Shown here: piece after piece, positions 1 through 11,586 of the stretch
Layout of the letters: each line of letters begins with the position of its first letter
Position numbering within the stretch: position 1 is the first letter of the stretch
From: Limnothrix sp. BL-A-16
GTDB lineage: Bacteria; Cyanobacteriota; Cyanobacteriia; CACIAM-69d
Assembly: GCA_041937175.2 (NCBI GenBank)
Contig: CP166615.1
Location: 2,144,001 to 2,208,000, forward strand
Reading direction: 5' to 3'
DNA: 64,000 nt
Translations under genes and position numbers: made by a program
The notes under the pieces: generated by a model
Told to the model about the DNA's origin: nothing
Seen by the model: the letters and a program-made list of their open reading frames with translations, nothing else
Databases searched by the model: none

Positions 1-140
1 CCGGCAGCCGGGGAGCCGTTGGCGTTGGGATTGTTGGAGCCAGTGCAGGCGGAAATCATCCCACTCGCGAGCAAACCCATGCCCAAGCAGGCAAGCAGGC
101 GGCGGCGGCTGGGGCGATTTAAGCGAAAAGGCGCAGTCAC
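1..140 (-). CDS. 5' part of a lipoprotein (likely ABC substrate-binding protein), runs off the window
   Basis: Hand translation from GTG at 140 gives MTAPFRLNRPSRRRLLACLGMGLLASGMISACTGSNNPNANGSPAA. It has a twin-arginine motif SRRRLL, a lipobox ISAC and an AAGGAG RBS upstream. Confidence 0.7.
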   Translation of the reverse strand, partial: MTAPFRLNRPSRRRLLACLGMGLLASGMISACTGSNNPNANGSPAA

Positions 141-382
141 GATGCAAAACTCCTTGCAATTAACCCTGTTTAAGCGTGGGTCGCAGGGTGGGGTAAAAAA
201 ATCGGGGGTGGGGTGATTGTACGCCCCGGATTGAATTTCCAGTAAGTCAGTCGGTTTACCGGAGATTAAATCGCCTCTGAGAATAACCCATGTCGATCCA
301 AAAGTCCAGATACCCGATCGAGTTACCGGTGTTTTGATTCCAAGGGGCTTTATCAGGGCGACCACATCAGCAAAACCCGCCC

Positions 383-2929
383 CTAAAACCAGCGATAGCG
401 CATCAGAATACTGAAACCGATGGCCACGGCGATCGCCCCCAAGAGCACCGATCGCAAGGGATGGGCATCGGGTGAAACCAGGCTGGTGGTGCTGGTGAGC
501 CGCCCCTGCACAAGGTTCAGGCTTTCCACGTCAATCCAAGGAATGCCGCCCCGCCGCAGCCAGCCGGTGACCATCAAGGGGCTGCCGATCGGGAGTTCTT
601 GGCGACCTTGGCGGATCAAGGTTCCTAGCCAACCCCAACGGCTGGCCAGGTGCAAGGGCAAGAGGCCACTGGGGGTTTGTAACCACAGATCTTGCCAAAG
701 TCCATTGGCCCAGCCCGATCGCCCCAGGAGTCGTCCGGATACTTTCACCATCACCGCATCGATCGGGAGGGCGTTGGGTTCGGCCAAGGCGCTGGCCAAG
801 GGCGGCCCATCCGCATTGAAGATTAGGGGTAAACGGCCGCGAATTTCCGGGAAGAAGGCATTCAGCCGCAGGAAAATCCCCAGGCCGCAGCCCATCCAGG
901 CCAGGCCCCACAGCAGGGAGCGATCGGCCCACATCCAGCCGATCGGGTGGTTCAACAGCCGCCCCAATCCCCCAATCACCCACAGCAGCAGGGCCACCCC
1001 CACCCCCGCCACCATGCCCACCCAAGGCCCGGACTGGAGCCACAGGGTTTGGGGGGTGGTGGGTCGCAGGGGACGGGCCCGGGGCAAGGGCGGCAGGTAG
1101 CGTTGTTGTTGGTCCTGGGCCGCTCGATCGCTGGCTTCAAATTCCGGTTCCAGTCGCCAGCGCACAGCTAATTCCGCCAGGGTGGCCATTCGCTGGCCCG
1201 TGAGCGGATGGGTGTGATTGAGCTGGAGCCAATTGCGATAGGGATTGCGTCGGCCCCAGACCCACAGGGGTTCGGGGGGCGCGATCGGGTGGAAGCTACC
1301 TTCAATGGCGGCGCAGGCGGGGCTGAAGGGCAACAACAGCTCGATCGCCACCAACCAAGGGGATAGGGCCCGGTTCGCGATCGCCTGTTCTGCCACTGCC
1401 GCACCGCACTTAACCAAGGCCCGCGCCAGGGCATTGGGATCCCCCGTTTCGGCGGCCCCGAGCCGATCGGCTTCGGTCTGGCGCGATCGACTCCAACCAA
1501 ACAGGGCCCAACGCTCCACCCGATACAGCCCATAGGCCAAAACCGACAGACCCACCGCCCCCAGCTTGGCGGGCCAAAGCTGCCAGGTTTCCGCCAATTG
1601 CGCCGCCCATTGATGCAACCCATAGGGCAGCAGCAACACCACCGTGGCCCAACTGGCGATCGCGCTGTCGCCGCAATCAATCTGGCTATATTGGGCGGCC
1701 ACCAACGTTGCCAGTTCCCCATCACTCAGACTATCGATCGCCCCTTGACTGATGGCTAGGCGGGCCTGGGCCGGCAACCAGCCATAGACCACCACCACCG
1801 GTAAGTCCGTGTTTAGGAACCGAAGAAAAGGAACCGGGCGATTGCGCGATCGCACCAATCGTTGCAACAGACGCGCCGTCTCCGGCCGCTGGGCAGAAAG
1901 CTCTGAGAACTTGCGCGTTTGGCTACCCCAGCGGTGCATCACCTCATCCAACAACCAAGGCGACCCCAAAAACAACAGCCCCAAGGCAATCCAAGCCGAA
2001 ACCGAGGGATCATCGGTGACATAGGGCGTGGCCTCTCCCCAAATGGGCAACCAAGGCAACAAAACCGACAGCCAATCCAGCAGTTTGTTATAGGTGGCGG
2101 TTCCCAGCAGGACAAACTGTTGCACCACCCAAGCCAACAGGACGATCGCGATCGCCTGGCTCACCAACCGCGGCCCCCAAGGTCTCGGAGCCAAGACCGT
2201 GCGGCGATCGGCTCGGCCCCCGTTGCGCCATTGCACGCTGTAGGGTTCGGGGGTTTGGGCATCTGTCGCCGCCGAAGGTTGCGCTTCCGGGGCAGTCGTC
2301 TCCACCGTTGTCACCACCGCCATCACGGCCGGCGGGCGATCGGGGTTGGGGGACAAGGGCGGGGAAACCGTCGCAGAGTTTTGGGGAAGATCTGATGGGG
2401 AGGTTGGTGCAGGGGTTGCAGGAGTTGCAGAGGCGATCGGCGGATTCGGCCCCGGGTCAGGGGTTGCCAACCCCGGCGAGGGCGATCCTAAAGCGGGTGA
2501 TCCTGGATTCGGATTCAATGCCACCCGCACCACCTGGGTTCGCTTCCCGATCGCCTGGGAATCCGTCAGGGGCACAAAACCCGCATTTCCCGCTTCCAGG
2601 GGCACAAAACCCGGATCCTCCGCCGCTTTAGGTTTCGGAGCGGGTGGTGGCGGCGGCTTCAGTTGCGATCGCGCTTGGGTGGCCCACTGGCGCACCTGGG
2701 GGTTGGGATGATTCAGCAACGATTCACAAAGGGCGATCGCCTTAGCCCATTGCCCCACAGCTCGATAGGCCCCCACCAGGGCCGCTTGGGACCGCGCCTG
2801 CTCCGCCCCCGCCAAGGTGGCGCTGGCCATTTCCAATGGGGCGATCGCCGCCGCCGGTTGCCCCTGTTTCAGGGCCGCCAAGCCCGCTTGGAGCTGCGAT
2901 CGTGCCCCCTCTGCCCCCAACTCCGCCAT
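383..2929 (-). CDS. M48/HtpX-like membrane protein with N-terminal TPR-like region and Pro-rich linker; HExxH degenerate
   Basis: 848 aa. HtpX-like motifs ADRLGAAETGDPNALARAL and THPLTGQR; several TM segments; expected HExxH reads AQYSQ. Confidence 0.75.
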   Translation of the reverse strand: MAELGAEGARSQLQAGLAALKQGQPAAAIAPLEMASATLAGAEQARSQAALVGAYRAVGQWAKAIALCESLLNHPNPQVRQWATQARSQLKPPPPPAPKPKAAEDPGFVPLEAGNAGFVPLTDSQAIGKRTQVVRVALNPNPGSPALGSPSPGLATPDPGPNPPIASATPATPAPTSPSDLPQNSATVSPPLSPNPDRPPAVMAVVTTVETTAPEAQPSAATDAQTPEPYSVQWRNGGRADRRTVLAPRPWGPRLVSQAIAIVLLAWVVQQFVLLGTATYNKLLDWLSVLLPWLPIWGEATPYVTDDPSVSAWIALGLLFLGSPWLLDEVMHRWGSQTRKFSELSAQRPETARLLQRLVRSRNRPVPFLRFLNTDLPVVVVYGWLPAQARLAISQGAIDSLSDGELATLVAAQYSQIDCGDSAIASWATVVLLLPYGLHQWAAQLAETWQLWPAKLGAVGLSVLAYGLYRVERWALFGWSRSRQTEADRLGAAETGDPNALARALVKCGAAVAEQAIANRALSPWLVAIELLLPFSPACAAIEGSFHPIAPPEPLWVWGRRNPYRNWLQLNHTHPLTGQRMATLAELAVRWRLEPEFEASDRAAQDQQQRYLPPLPRARPLRPTTPQTLWLQSGPWVGMVAGVGVALLLWVIGGLGRLLNHPIGWMWADRSLLWGLAWMGCGLGIFLRLNAFFPEIRGRLPLIFNADGPPLASALAEPNALPIDAVMVKVSGRLLGRSGWANGLWQDLWLQTPSGLLPLHLASRWGWLGTLIRQGRQELPIGSPLMVTGWLRRGGIPWIDVESLNLVQGRLTSTTSLVSPDAHPLRSVLLGAIAVAIGFSILMRYRWF

Positions 2930-3005
2930 AGTTTCAACCCAAAACTAGCCAATCCAAGACGCAGAATTCAACGGTTGCTCAACCGTTCAAATTCCGAATC
3001 CAAAT

Positions 3006-3344
3006 CTAAAGGCTAGTGTGCCCGTCCGGCTCCCCCGGCCGCCACCGATAGACCCGCAAGTTGACCCGATCGGCCGCATCGAACTGCACCCCCTCCCGTT
3101 CCAGCAACGCCCGCTGCAAATAATCATTGCCCTGCCGAAACGGCGAATAGGAAATTTCCCCCCGCGCATTCACAACCCGTTGCCAAGGAATGTCTCGATC
3201 GTCCCCCGCCACCCGTGCCAGGGCATAGCCCACCAGCCGCGCCTTACCCGCCAAGTTGGCCAGCTCGGCCACTTGCCCATAGGTTGCCACCTTGCCCGGG
3301 GGAATTTGCTGAACCACCGCATAAATTTGGGCATAAACTGTCAT
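3006..3344 (-). CDS. atl: Alkyltransferase-like (Atl/YbaZ, MGMT family) DNA-damage recognition protein
   Basis: IPPGKVATYGQVA and PWQRVVN (Trp in place of the catalytic Cys of PCHRV). ATG at 3344 preferred over TTG at 3365. Confidence 0.85.
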   Translation of the reverse strand: MTVYAQIYAVVQQIPPGKVATYGQVAELANLAGKARLVGYALARVAGDDRDIPWQRVVNARGEISYSPFRQGNDYLQRALLEREGVQFDAADRVNLRVYRWRPGEPDGHTSL

Positions 3345-3422
3345 TGAATTGCCATTGCTCCTCAACCGCCCGATCGCTATTCAAACCAAGATCTAAAATC
3401 AGACCTTCAAGATCTTCGCTAA

Positions 3423-3553
3423 GAGGATGTCTGAAAAGCCAAAGTTAATACAATGCTTGCTCCAGCGATCAACGGAAACAAGGGGCTTAAGCCCCTTGCT
3501 GCCACGACTATTGGTGCTTAGTTCGGGCCGAAAGATACTTTTCAGACATCCTC
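3423..3553. mobile_element. MITE family A copy 1 (131 bp; IS5/IS1031-like ends)
   Basis: 16-bp TIR GAGGATGTCTGAAAAG / CTTTTCAGACATCCTC, TAA duplication (3420-22, 3554-56), central palindrome at 3479-3498. Confidence 0.9.
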
Positions 3554-3575
3554 TAAGATTCCAGCCAGTTTTCAC

Positions 3576-4940
3576 CTAGGGCTGAAAGCGACCACCGCCG
3601 CCGCCAGCCATATTTTTAAACTGCGTAAACTGCGAATCAAACAATAGGCGAACCGTGCCCGTTGGGCCGTTACGGTGCTTGGTCAGCAATACTTCCGCAA
3701 TTCCCCGATCAGGAGTATCTGGGTTATAATATTCTTCTCTATAAAGCATTAAAATTAAATCCGCGTCTTGTTCGATCGACCCAGATTCGCGTAGATCTGA
3801 CATCATTGGTCGCTTATTTGTTCGTGATTCTACGCTACGACTGAGCTGAGATAGGGCCAAGATTGGCACATTTAATTCCCGAGCTAAAGCCTTGAGCGAT
3901 CGGGTGATTTTTGACAGCTCTTGTACTCGGTTATCTCCGCCTCCTTCCATCAATTGCAGGTAATCAATCACAATCAGCCCCAATGCGCCGCCGCGTTCCG
4001 CTTGCAGGCGACGGGCTTTTGATCGCATTTCCGTAATTGAAATATCCGCTGTGTCGTCAATATAAAGCTTCAGGTTAGAAAGACCTTGAATGGCCGACCC
4101 AATTCGCCCCCATTCATTTTCGCTAATTCGTCCCGATCGCAGGCGGTTGCTTTCAATTTGCGCTTCGCTGGAGAGCATCCGATACATCAGTTGCTCCTTC
4201 GACATTTCCAGGCTAAAAATGGCGATCGGGAGATTATGAATTGCAGCCACGTTGCGAGCTGCATTCATCACAAAACTGGTTTTGCCCATCGAGGGCCGAC
4301 CCGCCACAATGATCAAATCCGATCGCTGGAATCCCTGAGTCATCGCATCCAGATCATAGAAGCCGCTGCTCAGTCCCGGCATCTGAGATTCCAGGGCCCG
4401 ACTTTCCAGCTCAAAGAATGCTTCCGAGAGAATCACCTCCGCAGAAGTTAAATCATTTTTGGCTTTGGATTGGGTGATATTAAACAGGCGCTGTTCTGCG
4501 CGATCGAGCAATTTAGCCAATTCTTCCCTATTGTCAAATGCCAACTGCGCAATATCACCGCCAACAGAAATGAGTTGCCGCCGCACATATTTATCAGCAA
4601 TCAAAAGGGCATAGCGATCAATATTAACTGCACTAACGGTGCGATCGAGCAGTTGCGATATTTTTTGGGAGCCACCCACTTTTTCTAGGAGGTCTCGATC
4701 CTTCAGCCAAGTGCTCACCGATAGCAAATCCGTCGGATTGCCCCGAGCATGTAGTTCCCGCATGGCTTCAAAAATGGTGCGGTGGGCACTTAAATAAAAT
4801 GCCTCCGGTGTCAGAATTTCAGCAACACGGTTCATCGCTTCCGGATCCAGCAAAATGCCGCCGAGGATCGACTCTTCCGCATCAATATTTTGCGGCGGCA
4901 GTCGATCGCTCACGGTCGAAAAATCAAGCGACTCACTCAT
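3576..4940 (-). CDS. dnaB: Replicative DNA helicase DnaB (no intein)
   Basis: LPPQNIDAEESILG, Walker A GRPSMGKT, DLRESGSIEQDAD, KHRNGPTG. Confidence 0.98.
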   Translation of the reverse strand: MSESLDFSTVSDRLPPQNIDAEESILGGILLDPEAMNRVAEILTPEAFYLSAHRTIFEAMRELHARGNPTDLLSVSTWLKDRDLLEKVGGSQKISQLLDRTVSAVNIDRYALLIADKYVRRQLISVGGDIAQLAFDNREELAKLLDRAEQRLFNITQSKAKNDLTSAEVILSEAFFELESRALESQMPGLSSGFYDLDAMTQGFQRSDLIIVAGRPSMGKTSFVMNAARNVAAIHNLPIAIFSLEMSKEQLMYRMLSSEAQIESNRLRSGRISENEWGRIGSAIQGLSNLKLYIDDTADISITEMRSKARRLQAERGGALGLIVIDYLQLMEGGGDNRVQELSKITRSLKALARELNVPILALSQLSRSVESRTNKRPMMSDLRESGSIEQDADLILMLYREEYYNPDTPDRGIAEVLLTKHRNGPTGTVRLLFDSQFTQFKNMAGGGGGRFQP

Positions 4941-5219
4941 ATTGCAAACAAGTTTGATCGATGGGTTCGCGATCGAAAAAATAAAGAGAATAGGGAATCT
5001 AATAGGAAATTTAGTGCCACGCGCATTCTGATCGGCACTATGCCACAGAAATGGGGGCTGGAACTAGCCAGACCCCCATGGGAGTAAACTGCTCTGGATC
5101 CTGGTTGGGATCTGAGCAATGGATAGGATATTCAGGACAGGGAGGATGGAGAGCGGGCCACCAGCGATCGACCATGAGCGATCGCCTAGCTGATGTGCCC
5201 AAACGTCCCAGCGGCAACC

Positions 5220-5678
5220 CTACTCGGCAATCACTTCGATCGTGGCCGTTGCCACCACTTCCGGGTGCAACTTCAGCGACACCGTGTACTTGCCCAGTTT
5301 GTTGATTTCGGGCAGGGTCATATCGCGGTGATCCAAATCGATCCCGGCGTATTCCTTCACCTTGTCAGCCACTTCGCGGGTGGTCACGGTTCCAAAGATC
5401 GCATCGCCTTCGCCCACCGACTTGGCAATCCGCAGCGTGCCCACGGTAGACAGAGCCGTTTTGTTGGCTTCTGCGCGTTGTTTTTCTTCAATCTTGCGTT
5501 GGCGCTCGGCCTCGCGGCGGCGCTCCACTTGCTTCAGAATTCCAGGGGTTACGTTAACGGCTGCCCCCTGAGGCAGCAGGTAGTTGCGGGCATAACCGGG
5601 AGCCACTTCTACCAAATCGCCGGTCTTACCCAGCTTGCTAACGTCTTTGCTCAGAACTACTTGAACTCGCTTAGCCAT
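5220..5678 (-). CDS. rplI: 50S ribosomal protein L9
   Basis: [21 protein letters not shown]; typical rplI-dnaB gene order. Confidence 0.98.
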   Translation of the reverse strand: MAKRVQVVLSKDVSKLGKTGDLVEVAPGYARNYLLPQGAAVNVTPGILKQVERRREAERQRKIEEKQRAEANKTALSTVGTLRIAKSVGEGDAIFGTVTTREVADKVKEYAGIDLDHRDMTLPEINKLGKYTVSLKLHPEVVATATIEVIAE

Positions 5679-5912
5679 GGTTGGGGATATCGTGTGTTGG
5701 GCTGTTGATGGGCGGGTCGCTGGGTAAGCACTCGGGCACTGCGCAATTACGGTGTAGGAGCGATATCACGCGCACCGATCGCGCCCCACTCAACAAACTT
5801 TTAGACATTGCCAGACAAAAGGCAATTTCCAATATTAACAGCTATGTCGAGCTTGGCAGCAGTCTGAGGACGAAGATTGATCAGCGAAGCCTGGCGGAAA
5901 CTGTCTAAATCC

Positions 5913-6242
5913 TTAGCGTGTGCCCGATCCCTGGCTGCGGCTGGGGCCGCCGGAGTCTGGAGGGGTGGGCGCTGGCTGTTGGGCGGCCGATCGCACTAAC
6001 CAAGTTGGCTCAGGAGAACCGGCCAGGGCAAAGCGCTGGCCCCGACCCAGCCAAGACCAGGGTTCCACCACCGCCAACAAACCCCAAACCAAAATCACCA
6101 TTCCTTTGATCAGGGGTTGCGATCGATCCAGAATCGCGGCGGATCGACTTTCGCCCATGACCAATCTTGCCGACTCCCCTTCCGATCGGTGCATGAGTCG
6201 TTGGGGGCGAACCACTGTCCTTCGATCGCAACAGTCCAACAT
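5913..6242 (-). CDS. Putative small membrane or secreted protein with Pro-rich tail ending SQGSGTR
   Basis: Strong GGGAGG SD just upstream of ATG 6242; hydrophobic segment MVILVWGLLAVV; alternative start at 6158. Confidence 0.45.
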   Translation of the reverse strand: MLDCCDRRTVVRPQRLMHRSEGESARLVMGESRSAAILDRSQPLIKGMVILVWGLLAVVEPWSWLGRGQRFALAGSPEPTWLVRSAAQQPAPTPPDSGGPSRSQGSGTR

Positions 6243-7439
6243 CACAAACCTCCCTAGTGCTTCAAAAACACAAATTAAAGGGCGAAGCTTAACAAGCAAT
6301 CAAACCGAAACTGAATGGTTAATGGTGATCTTTGAATAGCGATGATTCATTTCAGTCATTTATTTCAGTTACTCATTATTGCAATCCATTAAATTAATGA
6401 ATTACAAATCATCAATCGCCAATGATTGATAACAAGCGGTTGATTGCAACGGTTAACAGCATGGTTCACAAGCTGATCACGGTTGGTCACGGTTGGCCAG
6501 AACCACCAAAACCCAAAAAAGATGACCTGGCAGGGGATGCTCCCGATCGTGATGTTGGTTTCCAAACAATCAAATTATGAAACAATAAACAAACATCATG
6601 ATCAGAGTGATCTTGACTGATCTTTGATGGTCTAAGCATGATGAATGCAAACTAAGTTAATGCAACCTAATTGGCACAAACTCAGTCAGCGGTCATCAAA
6701 CTCAGGCTTCCAAAGGTTGCAATCAAGAGTCGTAACCCAAAATTGCAGCTTCAAGTTACAACTTGTAATCGCGACTCAGAATCTTGACCCCGAATCTCAA
6801 CTCAAGATTGCAACTCAAGATTGCTGCTTGAAATCGCAACTTTAGGGCTGCTTCTACGGTTTCGTAGGCAAGCTTTGGAGCTTCGGTTTTAGCACTGATT
6901 TTACGCATTGACCATAGCCCTCTAGTAGTACCGTAGAACGGATATGGGCGACTCATCAGATCCCTTGGGAATTCTGAAGAAAATCTTAATATCCACCATA
7001 ATAGCCACTGCTAGTCCGGTGAATTTCTTGTGCCTTAACCGCTGACTCGCTTTGGAACAAAATGCCTGAAGCCTTTACCAAAGCTGGATTTTCAGGATCG
7101 GCGGGTGGTTTTTCTTATATCTGATAAATTGCTCAATTAAACCCAAAACCATTTCCGACTACGGCCCCATCGGGCCGAGCCGTAACCGTTGTCCACGCTC
7201 CGTGCTCCCGTTCCGTGCCCCCGTTGCGCTTAAGTTTCCCATTCCCAATCAGGGCTAATCATCGAAGAAAATCCGGTTCATTAGCCCTGAGCGGGATTGG
7301 TTAAACTTTTTGAGCAATCCGTGACATGGGATTAAAGAAGATACCAAATCTTGGTGAAAATTCGTAAAAATTCAGAGGCGATCGCCTCTGAAGACCTGCA
7401 AGGTGATGAGTGATTGGTGATCGGCGCTTCTTGCTGCGG

Positions 7440-8009
7440 CTATTGATTCAACCACTCAATGAGTTCGGCGGGGCTGAGTCCCAAGTCTTTGGCCAGGCGA
7501 TCAGTGTCGCCGCTGCCGCCAGCATCGCGGATTTCGGCCAGTTCTTGCGCCGATCGCCCCACAATTCGGGCAATGTTTTTAAGCTGCCCGTCATTAATCG
7601 GTCGCCCTTCGTAAATATCCTTCAGCTCAGGGGGCGAAAGACGATAGGAATCGCAAAATTGCACAAACTCCTGGCTCCCCATGCCCAAGGCGGCTTGGCG
7701 ATCGCGCAGCAGATAGGCAATGGCGCGGGGGCCGCTGGTGGGGCGAATGGTGGTTTCCAAGTACCGCAACATCAGTTGGCCCACCTGTTGGGAGTTGCCG
7801 CCCATTTTGGCCACCATATCGGAGCAAAGGCGCTTGAAAGCTAAGCGCAACACAGTGTTGGTCGCCTCTAGTTTCTTTTCGCGATCGAACAGCTCAGACA
7901 ACTGGTTAGCAAATTCACTGGTGCACCATCCCACCTCTTCGCCGTTGATGGTGAGGCTGGAATACCAACGCTGGGGGCCAAATTGCACCTTGGGGCTGTC
8001 TGTCGCCAC
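7440..8009 (-). CDS. Hypothetical protein, possible C-terminal XRE-like HTH
   Basis: GTG at 8009 with AGGAG RBS; protein-like composition; LKNIARIVGRSAQELAE and LAKDLGLSPAEL look like HTH segments. Confidence 0.65.
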   Translation of the reverse strand: MATDSPKVQFGPQRWYSSLTINGEEVGWCTSEFANQLSELFDREKKLEATNTVLRLAFKRLCSDMVAKMGGNSQQVGQLMLRYLETTIRPTSGPRAIAYLLRDRQAALGMGSQEFVQFCDSYRLSPPELKDIYEGRPINDGQLKNIARIVGRSAQELAEIRDAGGSGDTDRLAKDLGLSPAELIEWLNQ

Positions 8010-8417
8010 GATCGTCTCCTTATGCAAACGCAGGTATATGCAGGGCCTGAAAATCCTGAAAACACTGAGCGGGTTGAGTCGATCGGGGTTCGGGGTGTTG
8101 GCGATGCAGAATTCTGAATTCGCAGCTTGCCTTGGCCTTGGTCGATGCAACCCTCTCCATCATCCATGATCGACTCTGACCCTTGAGAGATCATCTCAGA
8201 GATCATCCCGGGCCCTTCAGGATCGTGGATGATCAAAACCAGGGACGATCAGACGATTAAATAATTTTCTAACGATTTTATGGACGATTGAATGCTGATT
8301 GGATGATTTGTTAATGATTATGGGGATTTCAGGCGAAACTGGCCGCGCCCGCCACCGAAAGCCCCAACAACGAGCGGCGGCCGAAACGGCCAAAACCGCT
8401 GTTTCGATGTTTTGCAA

Positions 8418-8822
8418 TTAACTCTCGGGCAAATTGGGTCGATCGAGGGGCCGACAAAAGGTTTCGACTCCTTGATGGCTGACCCACAAAACCACGGGCA
8501 ACAGCAACACGGTCGGACAGGGGGGCTGATCATCCAAATAGCCCAGGGTAGCCGCGATCGCCCCTTGGGCTAGGGATTGGCGAACCGGTTCTTGCACACA
8601 GAGCCGGGCCCGACATCGCTTGGCCAGGCCTTCCAACCAGCCATCACTGCGATCGGGCTGTTGGCCGGCCCGAATGGCCAGGGCGATCGCCGCGTCTTCA
8701 AGATCGCCTTCACAATCTTCAATTTCTGCCAGGGCCTCCAAAGCAGTGGGATATTCTGCTAACTCAACTCGCAGTTGGGCGATCCTATCCGTTGACACTA
8801 CCAAACGATTTTCGTTGCTCAT
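8418..8822 (-). CDS. Conserved hypothetical protein
   Basis: 134 aa ATG ORF with IEDCEGDLEDAAIALA motif recalled from cyanobacterial hypothetical proteins. Confidence 0.75.
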   Translation of the reverse strand: MSNENRLVVSTDRIAQLRVELAEYPTALEALAEIEDCEGDLEDAAIALAIRAGQQPDRSDGWLEGLAKRCRARLCVQEPVRQSLAQGAIAATLGYLDDQPPCPTVLLLPVVLWVSHQGVETFCRPLDRPNLPES

Positions 8823-9008
8823 AAAACCCGCAATTCGTCCGCAATCGATCGGCTTGCCTCAGTCCAGCACCAGCGAGCTAGAGACTGGCAACCCCTTCTA
8901 GCAACCAACATCAACAGCAATATCAACCAGAAAAATCAACCAGAAGAAATATCAAACAAATCATCAACTCATCAACAAAAACGTTAGCCAAGCCCATGTA
9001 CTCAACCA

Positions 9009-9073
9009 TTGACCCAGCCAATTGACTCAGCCGGTTGACTCAGCCAGTTGACCCAGCCGATGGACTAAACCAA
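9009..9073 (+). repeat. 13-bp tandem repeat (TTGACYCAGCCNN x4-5)
   Basis: Units start at 9009, 9022, 9035, 9048, with a degenerate unit at 9061. Confidence 0.8.
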
Positions 9074-9140
9074 CTCAGTGATTTGGTTCGTCTAGTCCGC
9101 CGGTCAAGGCCAATGGTCAAGCCCATGGGCCGCTGCCCGT

Positions 9141-9800
9141 TTAGTACAAATACACTTCGCCCTGCTCGGTCACGTTCACGTAATTCACATCGTGATCGAT
9201 GTTGTCGGTGGCGGTTAGCACCAGTTCCAGATCACCTTGGGGGGTCACGGTAGGGCGAGCCAACAGAAACCCGCGATCGGCCCGATACAACACCAGATTG
9301 CTCGGGGTGGGCAACATCTCCAAAACGCTGGTGGCGCGATCGGGAGAGTCTAGCTGACCAGTCAACAGGCGATCGCCCGTTACGCCAATCACCTCAAAAG
9401 CCACCTTGGCATTGGTGAAATTCACTAACCGCACAGTCACCTTGCCGCCCTTGAGGGCCAAGCGCGAGGCGGGCAATGGAAAACGAGCTGGCAAGGGCAG
9501 CCGGTTCGCTTCGGCGCGCGTGTTGGGGCTGTTGGGCACGGCGCGGGCCGGTGCGGGTGTGGGGGTTTGGGGACGGGCTGGCGGGCTGGCGGGCTGTTGA
9601 CCAGCGGCACAGGGACAAGCGCACTGGCATTGGCCAGCGGCCGGTGGCCGAGGCGGGGCCGTTTCCGCCGTCACGGACTGACTTAAACCCAAAACACCGC
9701 CATACAGAAGGGCCACCGCCCCGATCGCTCCCATGCCCGATCGCCCCAGAAAACGCCGTACCATCGCTTTACTCCTCAAAAATCGAATAACCCACCACAA
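9141..9800 (-). CDS. Secreted hypothetical protein (signal peptide, Cys/Pro-rich linker, beta-rich C-terminal domain)
   Basis: Hydrophobic N-terminal segment, CQCACPC, Pro-rich linker; true start may be downstream (~9764). Confidence 0.7.
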   Translation of the reverse strand: MWWVIRFLRSKAMVRRFLGRSGMGAIGAVALLYGGVLGLSQSVTAETAPPRPPAAGQCQCACPCAAGQQPASPPARPQTPTPAPARAVPNSPNTRAEANRLPLPARFPLPASRLALKGGKVTVRLVNFTNAKVAFEVIGVTGDRLLTGQLDSPDRATSVLEMLPTPSNLVLYRADRGFLLARPTVTPQGDLELVLTATDNIDHDVNYVNVTEQGEVYLY

Positions 9801-10203
9801 GGTTGTCTCAATGCAGCATCAAGCGGCATCTGCATTAAACCAAACTCAAACTTAAGCTCAAACTTCAAACCAGAAGCAAACTTCAACTCAAACCTCAACA
9901 AGGCCTGTAAAGCCCCTTGGCCCCATCCTCTCGCCAAAGCGGGATCAGGGTTGGGGAAACCCAACGAAAGATGCTCAAAATCCTAGGGGGTATCGTCATT
10001 TTTCGAGGTGATACTGAAACGGTTGATCTTCTGTGCCCTAATCTTCGTAACAAGGGGCTTAAGCCCCTTGTCCCCCATGATCCGTTAACGACAGATCTAG
10101 GGTTTCGTGCTCAACGATGACAGGTCTTAAGCCCCTTGTCCCCCACGATCCGTTAACGACAGATCTAAGGTTTCGTGCTCAACGATGACAGGCCCTTGTA
10201 TGT

Positions 10204-11465
<1,262 letters not shown>

Positions 11466-11492
11466 GCTTTACATTTTGTCACTTTCAGACCC

Positions 11493-11520
11493 TTGCGCCT
11501 CCTCGGCGAACACAGTATCT
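11493..11520 (+). promoter_or_regulatory. IS110 circle-junction promoter
   Basis: TTGCGC (11493-98), a 17-bp spacer, then TATCT (11516-20), which becomes TATCTT only when joined to the left end. Confidence 0.7.
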
Positions 11521-11586
11521 AAGCCCCTTGTCCCCCACGATCCGTTAACGGCAGATCTAGGGTTTTGGGCTAAGCGATGACAAGCC

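Noticed and set aside
341..385. Half palindrome and REP-like AAAACCCGCCCCTA at the M48 stop
   Set aside because: Too degenerate to call an element.
3576..4940. DnaB intein
   Set aside because: At 454 aa with a continuous DLRESGSIEQ motif, there is no insertion.
6645..6956. 66-aa ORFs in the AT-rich region
   Set aside because: They arise from degenerate short repeats; no coding signal.
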